A DNA stretch of 64,000 bases. Origin: Octopus bimaculoides (lineage: Eukaryota). Position 1 is the first letter of the stretch. Each line of letters begins with the position of its first letter. The stretch is taken from positions 110,535,682-110,599,681 of the forward strand of contig NC_068984.1 of NCBI RefSeq assembly GCF_001194135.2, in the 5' to 3' direction. Made by a program: the position numbers and the translations under genes. Below, piece after piece: positions 63,114-64,000 of this stretch. The notes under the pieces were generated by a model. The model worked only from the letters and a program-made list of their open reading frames with translations. It was not told the origin of the DNA and searched no databases.

Positions 63114-63560
63114 GGACCGAGACCTTTGGAAATGGGCTGTGCGTGAGAAGACCCGGCAAGCCAAGTAAGATCGTTGCCAGTGCCCCTGGACTGGTTCTTG
63201 TGCGGGTGGCACATGAGATGCACCATTTTGAGCGTGGCCGTTGCCAGTACCGCCTGACTGGCTCCTGTAGGATTTTCGAGCGAGATCGTTGCCAGTGCCC
63301 CTGGACTGGCTTGTGCGGGTGGCACATAAAAGACACCATTTCGAGCGTGGCCGTTTTCGTGCGGGTGACACGTAAAAGCACCCACTACACTCTCTGAGTG
63401 GTTGGCGTTAGGAAGGGCATCCAGCTGTAGAAACTCTGCCAAATCAGACTGGAGCCTGGTGTTGCCATCCGGTTTCACCAGTCCTCAGTCAAATCGTCCA
63501 ACCCATGCTAGCATGGAAAGCAGACGTTAAACGATGATGATGATGATGATGATGATGATG
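63114..63560 (+). mobile_element. family C retroposon, long copy with internal tandem units and (GAT)n tail
   Basis: Repeated GTTGCCAGT(G/A)CC.C..GACTGG units, then GGTTGGCGTTAGGAAGGGCATCCAGCTGTAGAAA and GTTAAACG(ATG)n. Confidence 0.9.
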
Positions 63561-63589
63561 ATATATATACACATACATACATACATACA

Positions 63590-63621
<32 letters not shown>

Positions 63622-63967
63622 CACATAATAAATATACAGGGATTAGCATTGAGTTGCTTCTCCAACATACTGAAAATTTTGAAATAGCAGTCAAAGAACT
63701 ACTGATTCTAAACTACAAATTTTTCTCTAAATGGATGGCAATATTTATGGCACACATAGAACAAAAAACCTGCCCTTATTCTTGTATACATATACACATA
63801 TGTATACATATATATATACACATGTTTATATGTATACTTGTGTGTGTATATATATATATATATAGCTATTACATAGAAAGAAAGACAGACAGATAGATAG
63901 ATTCACTTATGTCTACATATGCAAAAATGTGTGCACATGTGTGTTTTTGTGCATGACTGTGTGTGTG

Positions 63968-64000
<33 letters not shown>

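Overview
AT-rich eukaryotic draft-assembly scaffold with about 16 N-gaps, most of them flanked by (TA)n/(TG)n microsatellites. The tRNA-derived SINE families and microsatellite load look like an Octopus (coleoid cephalopod) genome; this is inference from recognition, not a database result. No host gene is confidently recognisable, and there is no rRNA, true tRNA or CRISPR. Almost all long ORFs in the supplied track are microsatellite or N-gap artefacts. Contents: (i) more than 40 SINE copies from several modular families that share heads or tails; (ii) three mariner-type relics and several foldback/MITE elements; (iii) a 3' fragment of an R4/Dong-like RLE retrotransposon sitting in a (TAA)n tract; (iv) three to four decayed Penelope-like (PLE) RT/GIY-YIG ORFs. 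The most striking signal is at least seven hammerhead-ribozyme (HHR) motifs of four designs: a canonical CUGAUGA/GAAA/GUC type I (18670-18737, -), one with a greatly extended stem II (7252-7375, -), a head-to-head inverted pair of minimal HHRs (37816-38031), and a three-copy family with a variant CUGUYGA core (15153-15190, 53357-53393, 62980-63017). Weak evidence also points to a minus-strand spliced gene for a small secreted/membrane protein (33363 to 31970, possibly with micro-exons downstream) and a plus-strand signal-peptide exon overlapping a long hairpin (58075-58194).
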